A DNA stretch of 64,000 nucleotides from Candidatus Moraniibacteriota bacterium (lineage in GTDB: Bacteria; Patescibacteriota; Minisyncoccia; Moranbacterales; GCA-2747515). The position numbers and the translations under genes are program-made. The DNA lies in NCBI GenBank assembly GCA_942490825.1, contig CALNYG010000005.1, positions 262,240 through 326,239 on the forward strand, written 5' to 3'. Below are positions 1 to 8,227 of this stretch, in pieces (within the stretch, counting starts at the first letter, position 1; every line of letters begins with the position of its first letter). Under the pieces are notes generated by a model. That model saw only the letters and a list, made by a program, of their open reading frames with translations, searched no databases and was not told the DNA's origin.

Positions 1-130
1 TGTGGATAATATTGTTTCGAGGAAAAAAGAGATTGTTCCTGTTTTTGAGAGGTTTTTGAATAAGTAGATTTTTAGATTGATAGAATGTAGACAGTTATAC
101 TTGTAGATGTTAAATTAGGTACTTTATTGT

Positions 131-263
131 GTCATTCCCGGCTGGAGCGTAGCGGAAGGAAAGGGAATCTAGGAGAGTTAAGCTTGAAGTTTATAAATTA
201 ACTTTAGTTTATATTAAAATTTAAAGTTTTGCTAACCTGGATCCCCGCCTACGCGGGGATGAC
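131..263 (+). repeat. NPE variant (CCCGCCTACGCGGGG type)
   Basis: Left end GTCATTCCCG, NPE-like spacer TTAAAATTTAAAGTTTTG, right-end hairpin ATCCCCGC-CTAC-GCGGGGAT, then GAC. Confidence 0.7.
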
Positions 264-301
264 ATGCGGGAGGGTAATTGATAATTTTTGAAATTAAATT
301 T

Positions 302-775
302 ATGGAAGAGAAAAATATTGAGAAAAAAGAGGTTGTGAAAAGTGAGACTCAAGAAATTAAAAGACCTTGGCAGGGAAATTTTTTATTAGGATTAATTCCA
401 TTTGGTTTATTCTTAATAATTATATTTAATTTTAACTTATTACAAGAAATTTCAAGAGGTAATACAAGAATAATAGTAATACCATTAGTAGAAATTTTAG
501 TTATAGTATTTATTTTTGGTATTAATGCTTTATTGGGATTATTAAATGGTTTGCGATGGTCAGTGATAACAACAATTGCTTTTTCTATAATATTTATAAT
601 TGAGGCAATTTTTAAATTTATTAATATATTTTTTGCGAGCGGTAATTTTCGAGTTTATTTTATGGAGGATCTTTTAATTTTTGTATTAATAGTATTATTT
701 TATCTTTGTATTGTATATTTTAGTTTAAATTGTCTAAAACATCCATTTTATAATCAGAAAAAAGTTCAAAAATAA
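302..775 (+). CDS. hypothetical multi-pass membrane protein
   Basis: ORF 278..775 with in-frame ATG at 302. Product is mostly hydrophobic helices (LLGLIPFGLFLIIIF, IIVIPLVEILVIVFIFGI, FVLIVLFYLCIVYF). No family recognised. Confidence 0.55.
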   Translation: MEEKNIEKKEVVKSETQEIKRPWQGNFLLGLIPFGLFLIIIFNFNLLQEISRGNTRIIVIPLVEILVIVFIFGINALLGLLNGLRWSVITTIAFSIIFIIEAIFKFINIFFASGNFRVYFMEDLLIFVLIVLFYLCIVYFSLNCLKHPFYNQKKVQK

Positions 776-780
776 AGTTC

Positions 781-822
781 AAAAAGCCCGTGCGGCGAGC
801 CTGCCTATCGGCAGACAGGCAC
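781..822 (+). repeat. Box-A repeat, filled form
   Basis: AAAAAGCCCGTGCGGCGAGC-CTGCCTATCGGCAGACAGGC-AC. Begins 6 nt after the stop of the 302..775 ORF and ends 65 nt upstream of tig. Confidence 0.9.
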
Positions 823-887
823 AATTAATATTTTCAAGTTTAAATAAATTAAATAGTTTAAAAATAATTAAGTAAAATAATAAAAAC

Positions 888-2183
888 ATGAGTTACACAA
901 TAGAAAAAAAAGAAGGACAAGTAATAATCGAGATTAAAGTTACTTGGGAAGAAGCAAAAAAAGATTTTGATAAATTAGTAAAGGAAGCAAGTAAAAATGT
1001 TTCAGTGAAAGGTTTTCGAAAGGGAAGTGTTCCGGCTGATGTAGCAGAAAAACAAGTTGATAAAACAATGATTATGTCTCAAGTAGCGGAACAGAGACTT
1101 AGTGCAGAATATGCAGCGGCAGCGAAAAAAGAAGATTTAAAAATTGTAGGAATGCCAGAGGTTGAAATGAAAAAATTAGCAGAAGGAAATGATATTGAGG
1201 CAACTTTGAAAATTACTTTGATTCCAGAAATTAAATTGCCAAAAACTTGGGAGAAAGAAATCGGTAAAATTAATAAAAAATTAGCTGGCAAAAAAGTTGA
1301 GGTAACTGAAAAAGAGATTGATGCAGAAATTGAAAAAATAGCTGATAGTCGAGTGGAACATAAAGAAGTTAAGCGAGCGGCAAAGAAAGAGGATCATGTA
1401 AAAATTGATTTTACAGTTAAACAAGCTGGTGTGATTATTGAAAATGGCACAAGCACAGATCACTCATTAGTTTTAGGTAAGGGAGTTTTTATTCCTGGCT
1501 TTGAAGAAGAAGTTCTTGGTATGAAGGCAGGTGATGAAAAAACTTTTTCATTGAATTTTCCTGAAAAATATCATGCAGAACATTTGGCTGGAAAAGAAGC
1601 TACTTTTGACGTGGTTTTGAAAGCAGTTGAAGAAAGGGTTATGCCGAAAATCGATGATGAGTTTGCAAAGTCATTAGGTGATAAATTTAAGACTTTGAAA
1701 GAGTTTAAGGAGAGCTTGAAAGAAAATATGGTTAAGGAAAAAGAAAAGGCTAACGAGGAGGAAAAAAGTAAAAATTATTTAGATTCTATTATTGATAAAT
1801 TGGAAATAATTTTGCCAGAGCAAATTGTTAAAAGTGAATTGGAAAGAATGATTGGTGAATTTAGTCAGCAAATTAGTGCGAGCGGAATGACTCTTGAAGA
1901 ATATTTAAGTAAGATTGGGAAAGAAAAATCTGATCTTGAGAAAGAATGGCGAACTGATGCTGAGAAGAGAGTGAAAAGTGCGATGGTTTTGGAAGAACTA
2001 GCGAAAGAACTCGAGGTGGAAGTTCCATCTGCTGAAATTGAGGAGGAGATGAATAAGACTTTATCGATGTATAAAGGTGTTAAGGATTTGGATAAAAATA
2101 TTGATATGCAGCAGCTTTATGCAATTACTCAGGGAATTTTGAGTAATAAGAAAGTATTTAGTGTTTTGGCAGAGATGAAGTAA
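888..2183 (+). CDS. tig: trigger factor
   Basis: 431 aa. N-terminal ribosome-binding region with GFRKGSVP motif, central FKBP-like part (GKGVFIPGFEEEVLGMKAGDEKTF) and a helical C-terminal domain. Lies upstream of clpP as in many bacteria. Confidence 0.9.
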   Translation: MSYTIEKKEGQVIIEIKVTWEEAKKDFDKLVKEASKNVSVKGFRKGSVPADVAEKQVDKTMIMSQVAEQRLSAEYAAAAKKEDLKIVGMPEVEMKKLAEGNDIEATLKITLIPEIKLPKTWEKEIGKINKKLAGKKVEVTEKEIDAEIEKIADSRVEHKEVKRAAKKEDHVKIDFTVKQAGVIIENGTSTDHSLVLGKGVFIPGFEEEVLGMKAGDEKTFSLNFPEKYHAEHLAGKEATFDVVLKAVEERVMPKIDDEFAKSLGDKFKTLKEFKESLKENMVKEKEKANEEEKSKNYLDSIIDKLEIILPEQIVKSELERMIGEFSQQISASGMTLEEYLSKIGKEKSDLEKEWRTDAEKRVKSAMVLEELAKELEVEVPSAEIEEEMNKTLSMYKGVKDLDKNIDMQQLYAITQGILSNKKVFSVLAEMK

Positions 2184-2233
2184 TTATAAAAAATTTTTAA
2201 TTTACAAATTTTCAATTTTCAAATAGTGCAACA

Positions 2234-2398
2234 TGTCATTCTGAACCTGCCTTTGTCGGCAGACAGGCGTAATAATTTTTATGAAATAAAAATTATGTAG
2301 TGAAGAATCCCAGTAAGTTTTTCTGATGATTTAGTTTTAAAGTTTCGTGATTTTCTGTGGGGGATTCTTCATTTCGCTACGCTATATTCAGAATGACA
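2234..2398 (+). repeat. nested-palindrome element (NPE) with GC mini-palindrome insertion
   Basis: TGTCATTCTGAAC | CTGCCTTTGTCGGCAGACAGGC | hairpin ATAATTTTTAT-GAA-ATAAAAATTAT | GTAGTGAAGAATCCC | spacer | GGGGGATTCTTCAT | ... TTCAGAATGACA. Confidence 0.9.
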
Positions 2399-2523
2399 GA
2401 AAATTTATAAATTCCTTAAATTAAAGATTTGTTTTGGCAAGTCTTTACGAATAAGAAATTTAATTTGTTAATTTTTGAAATGTTTAAAAAATATTTTTTA
2501 AACATTGAAATTTTTTGAAACGT

Positions 2524-3117
2524 ATGACTAAACCAACAAATAATTATATTATTCCAACTGTGATTGAGAAGAGTGGGAATATTGAGCGGGCTTATGATAT
2601 TTATTCTCGTTTGTTAAAAGATCGGATTATTTTTATTGGATCAGCGATTGAGGATTCAATGGCAAATACGGTAATTGCTCAACTTCTTTTTTTGGAGTCT
2701 CAAGACTCTAAAGAAGATATTAAAATTTATATTAATTCTCCTGGAGGTTCAGTGAGTAGTGCTTTGGCGATTTATGATACGATGCAATATGTGAAAGCGG
2801 ATGTTTCAACTATTTGTATTGGAATGGCGGCATCTGCGGCATCTTTGTTGTTGTCATCAGGTGAAAAAGGTAAGCGATTGATTTTGCCGAACGCGGAGGT
2901 AATGATTCATCAGGTTTTAGGTGGTGCTCAGGGACAGGCGAGTGATATTGATATTCAAGCTAGACATATTTTGAAAATTAAAGGTAGGTTGAATAAGATT
3001 TTGGCTAAACATACGGGCAAGACTGTGGCTCAGGTTGAGAAGGATTCTGATCGTGATTATTATATGAGTGCGGATGAGGCGAAGAAATATGGGATTGTTG
3101 ATAAGGTTATAAAATAA
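2524..3117 (+). CDS. clpP: ATP-dependent Clp protease proteolytic subunit
   Basis: ClpP signatures: [28 protein letters not shown] (catalytic Ser), MIHQVLGG (His). ATG at 2524 is in frame with the TTG-started track ORF 2515..3117. Confidence 0.95.
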   Translation: MTKPTNNYIIPTVIEKSGNIERAYDIYSRLLKDRIIFIGSAIEDSMANTVIAQLLFLESQDSKEDIKIYINSPGGSVSSALAIYDTMQYVKADVSTICIGMAASAASLLLSSGEKGKRLILPNAEVMIHQVLGGAQGQASDIDIQARHILKIKGRLNKILAKHTGKTVAQVEKDSDRDYYMSADEAKKYGIVDKVIK

Positions 3118-3188
3118 TTTTCAATCCCCGATAGGACTCGAGGACATGCTTACGAATTTTCAACCTGCCTGCCGGACAGGCGGGTTTC

Positions 3189-3218
3189 AAAAAAGCAAGA
3201 TTTATTTCTTGCTTTTTT
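3189..3218 (+). terminator. rho-independent terminator-like hairpin after clpP
   Basis: A-tract, stem GCAAGA (3195-3200) / TCTTGC (3207-3212), then T6. The same hairpin sequence recurs after ddl at 23482..23510. Confidence 0.6.
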
Positions 3219-3233
3219 GTTTAGTGAATTTTT

Positions 3234-3253
3234 GTGCTCGCCGCACGGGCTTT
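3234..3253 (-). repeat. Box-A repeat, empty form, inverted orientation
   Basis: GTGCTCGCCGCACGGGCTTT, directly after the clpP terminator hairpin. Confidence 0.9.
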
Positions 3254-3338
3254 GAAATTTTGAGTTTGACTTCTTCTTCTTCTGATACGGTTGAATTGTT
3301 AGAGACGTTAACATTAATTGAGTTCAGCGGAGGAAATA

Positions 3339-3755
3339 ATGTTTGATTTTCTTAAAAAGAAAGTTTTGGCGAAGTGTTGTAATGTTCAAATTCCGATTAA
3401 AGATAAGATTTCTGCTTTTGGAAAAGAGATTACAACCGAGGTTCCCGTAAAAGACGGAAAAACATTGTATTGTCATAAATGCCTAGGAAAGATGGTGATA
3501 AAGTGTGCATGGTGTGGAGGAGTTATTTTTATTGGTGATCCGATAACTCTGTATTCGCCAGTCAAAAAGGATTTTGAAATTCCAGAACATGCCGTTATTT
3601 ATAAGGAAAAACCTTTGCAACTTATTGGTTGTTTGCGATGGGATTGTGCGGAAACTGGCGCTGATCGGATGGGGTTTTGGCTTCCGCCAGGTAAAGTGGA
3701 AAGAGTTAGGGACCCTTCAACAAAGTGTGTCCATCGCCCATTTAACCTTTCTTAA
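3339..3755 (+). CDS. Cys-rich hypothetical protein (putative zinc-ribbon)
   Basis: GGAGG 6 nt upstream of the ATG at 3339. CxxC-type pairs (CHKC...CAWCGG, CLRWDC). The last ~46 nt of the ORF lie inside the left inverted repeat of the IS256-family element. Confidence 0.55.
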   Translation: MFDFLKKKVLAKCCNVQIPIKDKISAFGKEITTEVPVKDGKTLYCHKCLGKMVIKCAWCGGVIFIGDPITLYSPVKKDFEIPEHAVIYKEKPLQLIGCLRWDCAETGADRMGFWLPPGKVERVRDPSTKCVHRPFNLS

Positions 3756-4996
3756 TTTTATTAAAATATTTAAAATTAGAAACAGGATATTTCATATAAT
3801 TTTTTTCTTCAAACTCCTTAATAACCATAAATACATAGTCCAATAATCTTTCGGGAGATTCAAATGATAATTTATTCTTTGTAGTTTTTCTAATTTGCCT
3901 ATTCAAATTTTCAATTGAATTAGTTGTATAAATCATTCTTCTTACTCGAGGATTGAATTTAATATATGTAAAATAATATTCAATTTCTGTAAAATGATTT
4001 TTAAAATTTGGATATTTTGTTTTCCATTTTTCTAAAAAATTATTTACTTTTTTCAAGGCTTTTTCAATTGTATCATTTTCTTCAAAATTATTAAATATTT
4101 CTTTTAAATCTTCTCCTATTTCTTTTTTATCTTTCGGTCTTGTTTTGTTTAAAATATTTCTTTGTTTATGAACTACGCACTTTTGAAATTCTCCTTGGGG
4201 ATATATTTCTAAAAATACATTTTCTAAATTTTTTAATCCATCAGCTACAAATAAATCTATTTGTTGAACACCTCTTTTTTCTTTTAATTCTTGCAATAAT
4301 TCTTTCCAAAATTCTGCTGATTCGGTTGGATTTTGACTTAAACAAAGCAATTCTCGTCTATTATCTTCTCTTACTCCAAAAGCAATAAATACACCTTCCT
4401 TAGCGTATTCATCACCTCTTCGCACAGTAATGAAAATTACATCTCCATAAACAACTTTGTAATGTTTTTCTAATTTGGAATTTTGCCAAGCTATTCTAAA
4501 TTTATTAAATACTTTTGCTAAATTAGATATCTTAGCAGGAGACATGTTTTCTTCAAAAATTTCATTTAAAAATTCATTAATGTCATTGGAAGTCATTCCT
4601 TTTTTATATAAAGATAAAGCTATTTCATCTACTTTTTCTCTGTTAATTTTAAAAGTTCTAGTGTTGCTGGAGAGAATAATCCTGTTCTAGTTCTTGGAAT
4701 ATGAACAAGTAATGAGTTTTTTGATAATGAATTCATAGCTCTTCCGTATGATCCATTTCCTTTATCTTTTTTAGTTTTATTAATATCTTCTAAATACTCA
4801 TCTCTTTCTATTAGCATTAAGGTTTCTATTGTTTTTCCTATGAATTTATCCATGGATAAATCATCTAGATTTTCTCTTAAGTTTTTTATGTTTTTTTCTA
4901 ATAATTCTTCGGTTCTATTTTTCTTGTCTGACATGATTTTATTATTAAATTTATTAATTTAATTTTACTATCAGACACAATTTTGTGAAGGGTCTC
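3709..4996 (-). mobile_element. IS256-family insertion sequence (~1.29 kb)
   Basis: Imperfect terminal inverted repeats: GGGACCCTTCAACAAAGTGTGTCC (3709..) versus the reverse complement of the right end, GAGACCCTTCACAAAATTGTGTCT (..4996), 18 of 23 matching. Encloses a Mutator/IS256-type transposase. No target duplication was recognised. Confidence 0.8.
3742..4934 (-). pseudogene. IS256-family (Mutator-type) transposase, split by one frameshift
   Basis: ORFs 4629..4934 (GNGSYGRAMNS...IPRTRTGLFSP) and 3742..4596 (YKKGMT upstream in frame, VVYGDVIFITVRR, LFVADGLKNL, QKCVVHKQRN) are collinear with IS256 transposases. They join if the A5 run (plus-strand T5, 4633-4637) were A6. Confidence 0.85.
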
Positions 4997-4997
4997 T

Positions 4998-6569
4998 TTA
5001 TTCTTCAAAAATAGACAATAAACTTTCACCTTGCATTTCAGCTGGTTGTTCAATTTTCAATAACTCTAAAATAGTAGGAGCAACATCACTTAAAATACCT
5101 CGGATAGAAACCTGTTCATTTAAAATTTCTTCTTCAGTTTTTCTTCGATGATTGTCAGGGGCAACAAACCAAAGGGGTACAGGGCTTGTATTATGTTGAG
5201 TATCGACTTCATGAGTATATGGATTTTCCATTACTTCAATATTTCCATGATCAGCGGTAATTAGCATACAACCGCCATTATCTAATACGATAGCACTCAA
5301 ATCTTTCATGCTATTGTCTAAAACCCGAGCAGCTTCCTTGGCAGCCTCTTGATTTCCAGTGTGGGCGATCATATCGGCATTAGCATAATTTACTAAAATG
5401 AAATCATACTTTTCTTCTGTAACAAATTGAATAATTTTTTTAGTTATTTCTTCAGCTTGCATTTCTGGTTTTTCATCAAAACTTTGCACGGATTTAGATG
5501 GAATTACTACATGATCTTCTCCTGGCCAAATTTCTTCACCACCACCATTAAAAAAATAAGTAACATGAGCATATTTTTCAGTTTCAGCAATACGCAACTG
5601 TGTTAAATTATTTTTACTTAGTATTTCACCTAAGCTATTAGTTTTTTCAATTGGTGGAAAAGCAACTAAAGCAGAAAATTCGTCATCATACTGAGTCATA
5701 GTTGCAAAGGTAATATTGGGTTTACTAGGCGCATCAAACTTATCAAAATCTTTTTCAATGAAAACTTGAGTTAATTGACGAGCGCGATCTTCTCTAAAAT
5801 TTATGTAAATAATACCGTCACCATCCTTAATTTTTGTAAGAGGCTCATCTTTTTTGTTAGTTAAAATTATCGGTTCTAAAAACTCATCAGTGACATTTTC
5901 TTTATAGGAATTTTTTATTAGTGAAAGTGGATTGGTAGTTTTTTTGCCTTCTCCATTAACTAACATTCTATAGGCCTTTTCGGTACGTTCCCAATTATTG
6001 TTTCGATCCATTGCCCATTGACGACCGACTATAGTGGCAATTTTTCCAGCACCAATTATTTCAAGTTCTTCAGTTATCTCTTTATAGACTCGAGTAAAAG
6101 CTGTGGGAGAAGAATCTCTTCCATCGGTAAAGCAGTGGATGAATATATTTTTAATGCCATTGGACTTAGCTATTTTTACTAGCTCGTATAAGTGTTCTCG
6201 GCTAGAGTGAACATATCCATCACCAACCAAGCCTATTAAATGTAAGCTTCCTTTATTCTTTTTTACATTTTCAAAAACTTCCATAAAGACAGGATTAGTT
6301 GCAAAGGTCCCATTTTGGATGGAAAGAGAGATGCGAGGAAAGTTTTGGTAGACGATTCGTCCTAATCCTAGTGTCATGTGACCTACCTCGCTATTTCCAG
6401 GTTTTCCCCAAGGCAATCCAACAGAAATTCCTGAAGCTTGTAAGGCGATCATCGGGTAATTATTTTTTAGAATATCAAAAGTTGGTAAATCGATCTGATT
6501 GGTAACATTAGCGTTAGAGGTGTTTATGCCCCAGCCATCTAAAACTATTAATATTATTGGTCGATACAT
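4998..6569 (-). CDS. gpmI: 2,3-bisphosphoglycerate-independent phosphoglycerate mutase
   Basis: 523 aa. iPGM motifs LIVLDGWG, GNSEVGHMTLG, FTDGRDS, NYANADMIAHTG, ADHGN. Confidence 0.95.
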   Translation of the reverse strand: MYRPIILIVLDGWGINTSNANVTNQIDLPTFDILKNNYPMIALQASGISVGLPWGKPGNSEVGHMTLGLGRIVYQNFPRISLSIQNGTFATNPVFMEVFENVKKNKGSLHLIGLVGDGYVHSSREHLYELVKIAKSNGIKNIFIHCFTDGRDSSPTAFTRVYKEITEELEIIGAGKIATIVGRQWAMDRNNNWERTEKAYRMLVNGEGKKTTNPLSLIKNSYKENVTDEFLEPIILTNKKDEPLTKIKDGDGIIYINFREDRARQLTQVFIEKDFDKFDAPSKPNITFATMTQYDDEFSALVAFPPIEKTNSLGEILSKNNLTQLRIAETEKYAHVTYFFNGGGEEIWPGEDHVVIPSKSVQSFDEKPEMQAEEITKKIIQFVTEEKYDFILVNYANADMIAHTGNQEAAKEAARVLDNSMKDLSAIVLDNGGCMLITADHGNIEVMENPYTHEVDTQHNTSPVPLWFVAPDNHRRKTEEEILNEQVSIRGILSDVAPTILELLKIEQPAEMQGESLLSIFEE

Positions 6570-6722
6570 TTTTATTTTTTAGATTTAATATTTATATTTT
6601 AACATATTTAAATAGATATGTAGATTTGAAGTGTTTTATAATGTTAAAAGTAAACGTGATATACTCTAAATAGTATAATTCTAGCTATATATAAAGCTAT
6701 TATTTATTAGTTTATTTGGCTA

Positions 6723-6751
6723 TTGACTTATTTTTCATAATCTTCTATTAT
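6723..6751 (+). promoter_or_regulatory. sigma70-like promoter upstream of rplS
   Basis: TTGACT (6723-6728), a 17-nt spacer, then TATTAT (6746-6751), about 105 nt upstream of the rplS start. Pattern match only. Confidence 0.35.
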
Positions 6752-6856
6752 AAATAAAGTAAGATTCTGATAAATTGAGAGAAATGACTGTGAGTTTTGT
6801 TCCGATTTCTTGATAAGAACCGTCTGAATCTCTTTTTATTTTTTATTTAAAATTAT

Positions 6857-7357
6857 ATGCAAAAAACAGTAGTAGAATTTAATCAAACTCAAAGAGGGGA
6901 AAAAATGGACATTAGAGCTGGCGATGTAGTTAAAGTTCACAGAAAAATTAAAGAAGGTGATAAGGAGCGTATTCAGATTTTTGAAGGAATGGTTATTGCT
7001 GTTAAAGGTGGACAAAGTAGTTCACAGATGATTACAATAAGAAAAGTTTCTAATGGATTTGGTGTGGAAGTTATTGTTCCAGTTATATCTCCAAGTATTG
7101 AAAAGATTGAAATAATAAAAAGAGCAAAAACTAGAAGGTCAAAGTTATATTTTATTAGAGATAAGGCAACTAAGGCTTTACGATTCAAGTTTTCTAAAGT
7201 TGAACAAAAAAAAGAAGAAGTTGTTGAGGAAATTAAGAAAGAGGTTGAGGAAGTAGCTGAAGACAAAAAAGAGGTTGTAGAAGAAAAAGAAATAAATTTA
7301 TATTTTAGAATTTTTACGCACGCCCAGATGGTGGAATTGGTATACACACTAGGTTGA
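6857..7357 (+). CDS. rplS: 50S ribosomal protein L19 with Lys/Glu-rich C-terminal extension
   Basis: L19 core: RAGDVVKVHRKIKEGDKERIQIFEGMVIA...KRAKTRRSKLYF. As assembled, the ORF has no stop before tRNA-Leu and ends at a TGA inside its anticodon loop. Confidence 0.9.
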   Translation: MQKTVVEFNQTQRGEKMDIRAGDVVKVHRKIKEGDKERIQIFEGMVIAVKGGQSSSQMITIRKVSNGFGVEVIVPVISPSIEKIEIIKRAKTRRSKLYFIRDKATKALRFKFSKVEQKKEEVVEEIKKEVEEVAEDKKEVVEEKEINLYFRIFTHAQMVELVYTLG

Positions 7358-7406
7358 GGGCCTAGGCTCCTATGGGGGCGTGCGGGTTCGAGTCCCGCTT
7401 TGGGCA
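7322..7406 (+). tRNA. tRNA-Leu (anticodon GAG)
   Basis: Manual cloverleaf: acceptor GCCCAGA/TTTGGGC, D stem GTG/CAC, anticodon stem CTAGG/CCTAG with loop TTGAGGG, 16-nt variable arm, T arm GCGGG-TTCGAGT-CCCGC. CCA not encoded. Confidence 0.9.
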
Positions 7407-7453
7407 CAGTGTGGTATAATGGTTTGTAAGTTAGTTTTAAAATAAAAAAGTAG

Positions 7454-7527
7454 GCACGCTTAGCTCAGTTGGTTAGAGCATCTCGTTTACACCGAGAGGG
7501 CCGGGAGTTCGAGTCTCTCAGCGTGCA
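7454..7527 (+). tRNA. tRNA-Val (anticodon TAC)
   Basis: Acceptor GCACGCT/AGCGTGC, D arm GCTC-AGTTGGTTA-GAGC, anticodon stem TCTCG/CGAGA with loop TTTACAC, T loop TTCGAGT. Confidence 0.9.
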
Positions 7528-7546
7528 CATTGAAAAATTAAGGAAA

Positions 7547-7618
7547 GCCGAGGTAGCTCAGTGGTAGAGCAAAGGACTGAAAATCCTTGTGTCGAGAGTT
7601 CAATTCTCTCCCTCGGCA
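7547..7618 (+). tRNA. tRNA-Phe (anticodon GAA)
   Basis: Acceptor GCCGAGG/CCTCGGC, D arm GCTC-AGTGGTA-GAGC, anticodon stem AAGGA/TCCTT with loop CTGAAAA, T loop TTCAATT. Confidence 0.9.
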
Positions 7619-7637
7619 CAAAAATTAGGCTGACAAC

Positions 7638-7712
7638 GGGACCATAGCTCAGCGGTAGAGCGCACGGCTCATAACCGTTTGGTCACAGGTTCGAATCCTG
7701 TTGGTCCCACCA
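7638..7712 (+). tRNA. tRNA-Met (anticodon CAT); elongator Met or lysidine-modified Ile2 not distinguishable
   Basis: Acceptor GGGACCA/TGGTCCC (G1-C72 pair, so not an initiator), anticodon loop CTCATAA, T loop TTCGAAT. The only tRNA of the cluster with CCA encoded. Confidence 0.85.
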
Positions 7713-7789
7713 TTTTGCAAATCCAGCAAATTTCCCTCCGGTCGAACTTCGACTGGACAATGTTCACATCTTTTAAAAAAATGGATAAA

Positions 7790-7860
7790 GCGGGGTTAGT
7801 ACAGTGGTAGTATACCTCCTTGCCAAGGAAGAGGCGCGAGTTCGATTCTCGTACCCCGCT
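7790..7860 (+). tRNA. tRNA-Gly (anticodon GCC)
   Basis: Acceptor GCGGGGT/ACCCCGC, anticodon loop TTGCCAA, T arm GCGAG-TTCGATT-CTCGT. Confidence 0.85.
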
Positions 7861-7900
7861 CAGAAAGGCTAATTTAGATAGTTTATTATCAGAAAATTAT

Positions 7901-8227
7901 ATGACTTTAAAAGAAGTAAAAGATAATATTATAAAATTTATCTCTGGATCAGATTTAGTTCCTAGAGAGCTTTTAGAAGTACATGATTATTTTCGCTTAA
8001 ATAAGGCAATAAATTTTGAATTTCATGAGGAGAATGGAGGAATAATGGCAGTTAGTAAAGACTTTAGACATGGTTCGATTGTAACATTTGGAAAAAATTA
8101 TAAAGATTTAGATGAAAAAATAAAAGATGCAATTCTTACATCTTTTGATTTACCATCTGCTTATAAAAATGAAGCGAGTATTTATAATAAGGATATTAAT
8201 AGTAAAAAAGAATATGTCCTTGCTTAG
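7901..8227 (+). CDS. HicB-like (UPF0150) antitoxin-type protein
   Basis: ATG at 7901 lies downstream of tRNA-Gly; the track start 7820 is inside the tRNA. The segment FHEENGGIMAVSKDFRHGSIVTFGKNYKDLDEKIKDAILTSF resembles the HicB N-terminal fold. The 3' end overlaps the next ORF by 14 nt. Confidence 0.5.
   Translation: MTLKEVKDNIIKFISGSDLVPRELLEVHDYFRLNKAINFEFHEENGGIMAVSKDFRHGSIVTFGKNYKDLDEKIKDAILTSFDLPSAYKNEASIYNKDINSKKEYVLA

Noticed and set aside
2-67. Possible 3' end of a plus-strand gene entering from the left edge (..VDNIVSRKKEIVPVFERFLNK*)
   Set aside because: Only 21 codons are visible, which is too short to support a call.
239-263. Hairpin GGATCCCCGCCTACGCGGGGATGAC (also 28602-28626), superficially like a type I-E CRISPR repeat (CCCCGCG...CGCGGGG stem)
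   Set aside because: There are only two copies, 28 kb apart, with no regularly spaced array, spacers or cas genes. Both are the right-hand ends of NPE-variant repeats.
3146-3346. 66-aa ORF between clpP and the Cys-rich gene (also 3574-3846, 16448-16657, 31098-31295, 48096-48407)
   Set aside because: These ORFs are composed of repeat modules (GC mini-palindrome, terminator hairpin, inverted Box-A) or overlap better-supported genes. No coding signal.
7820-7900. Track start of ORF 7820..8227 inside tRNA-Gly
   Set aside because: The first 27 codons overlap the tRNA gene. The first ATG after the tRNA (7901) is used instead.
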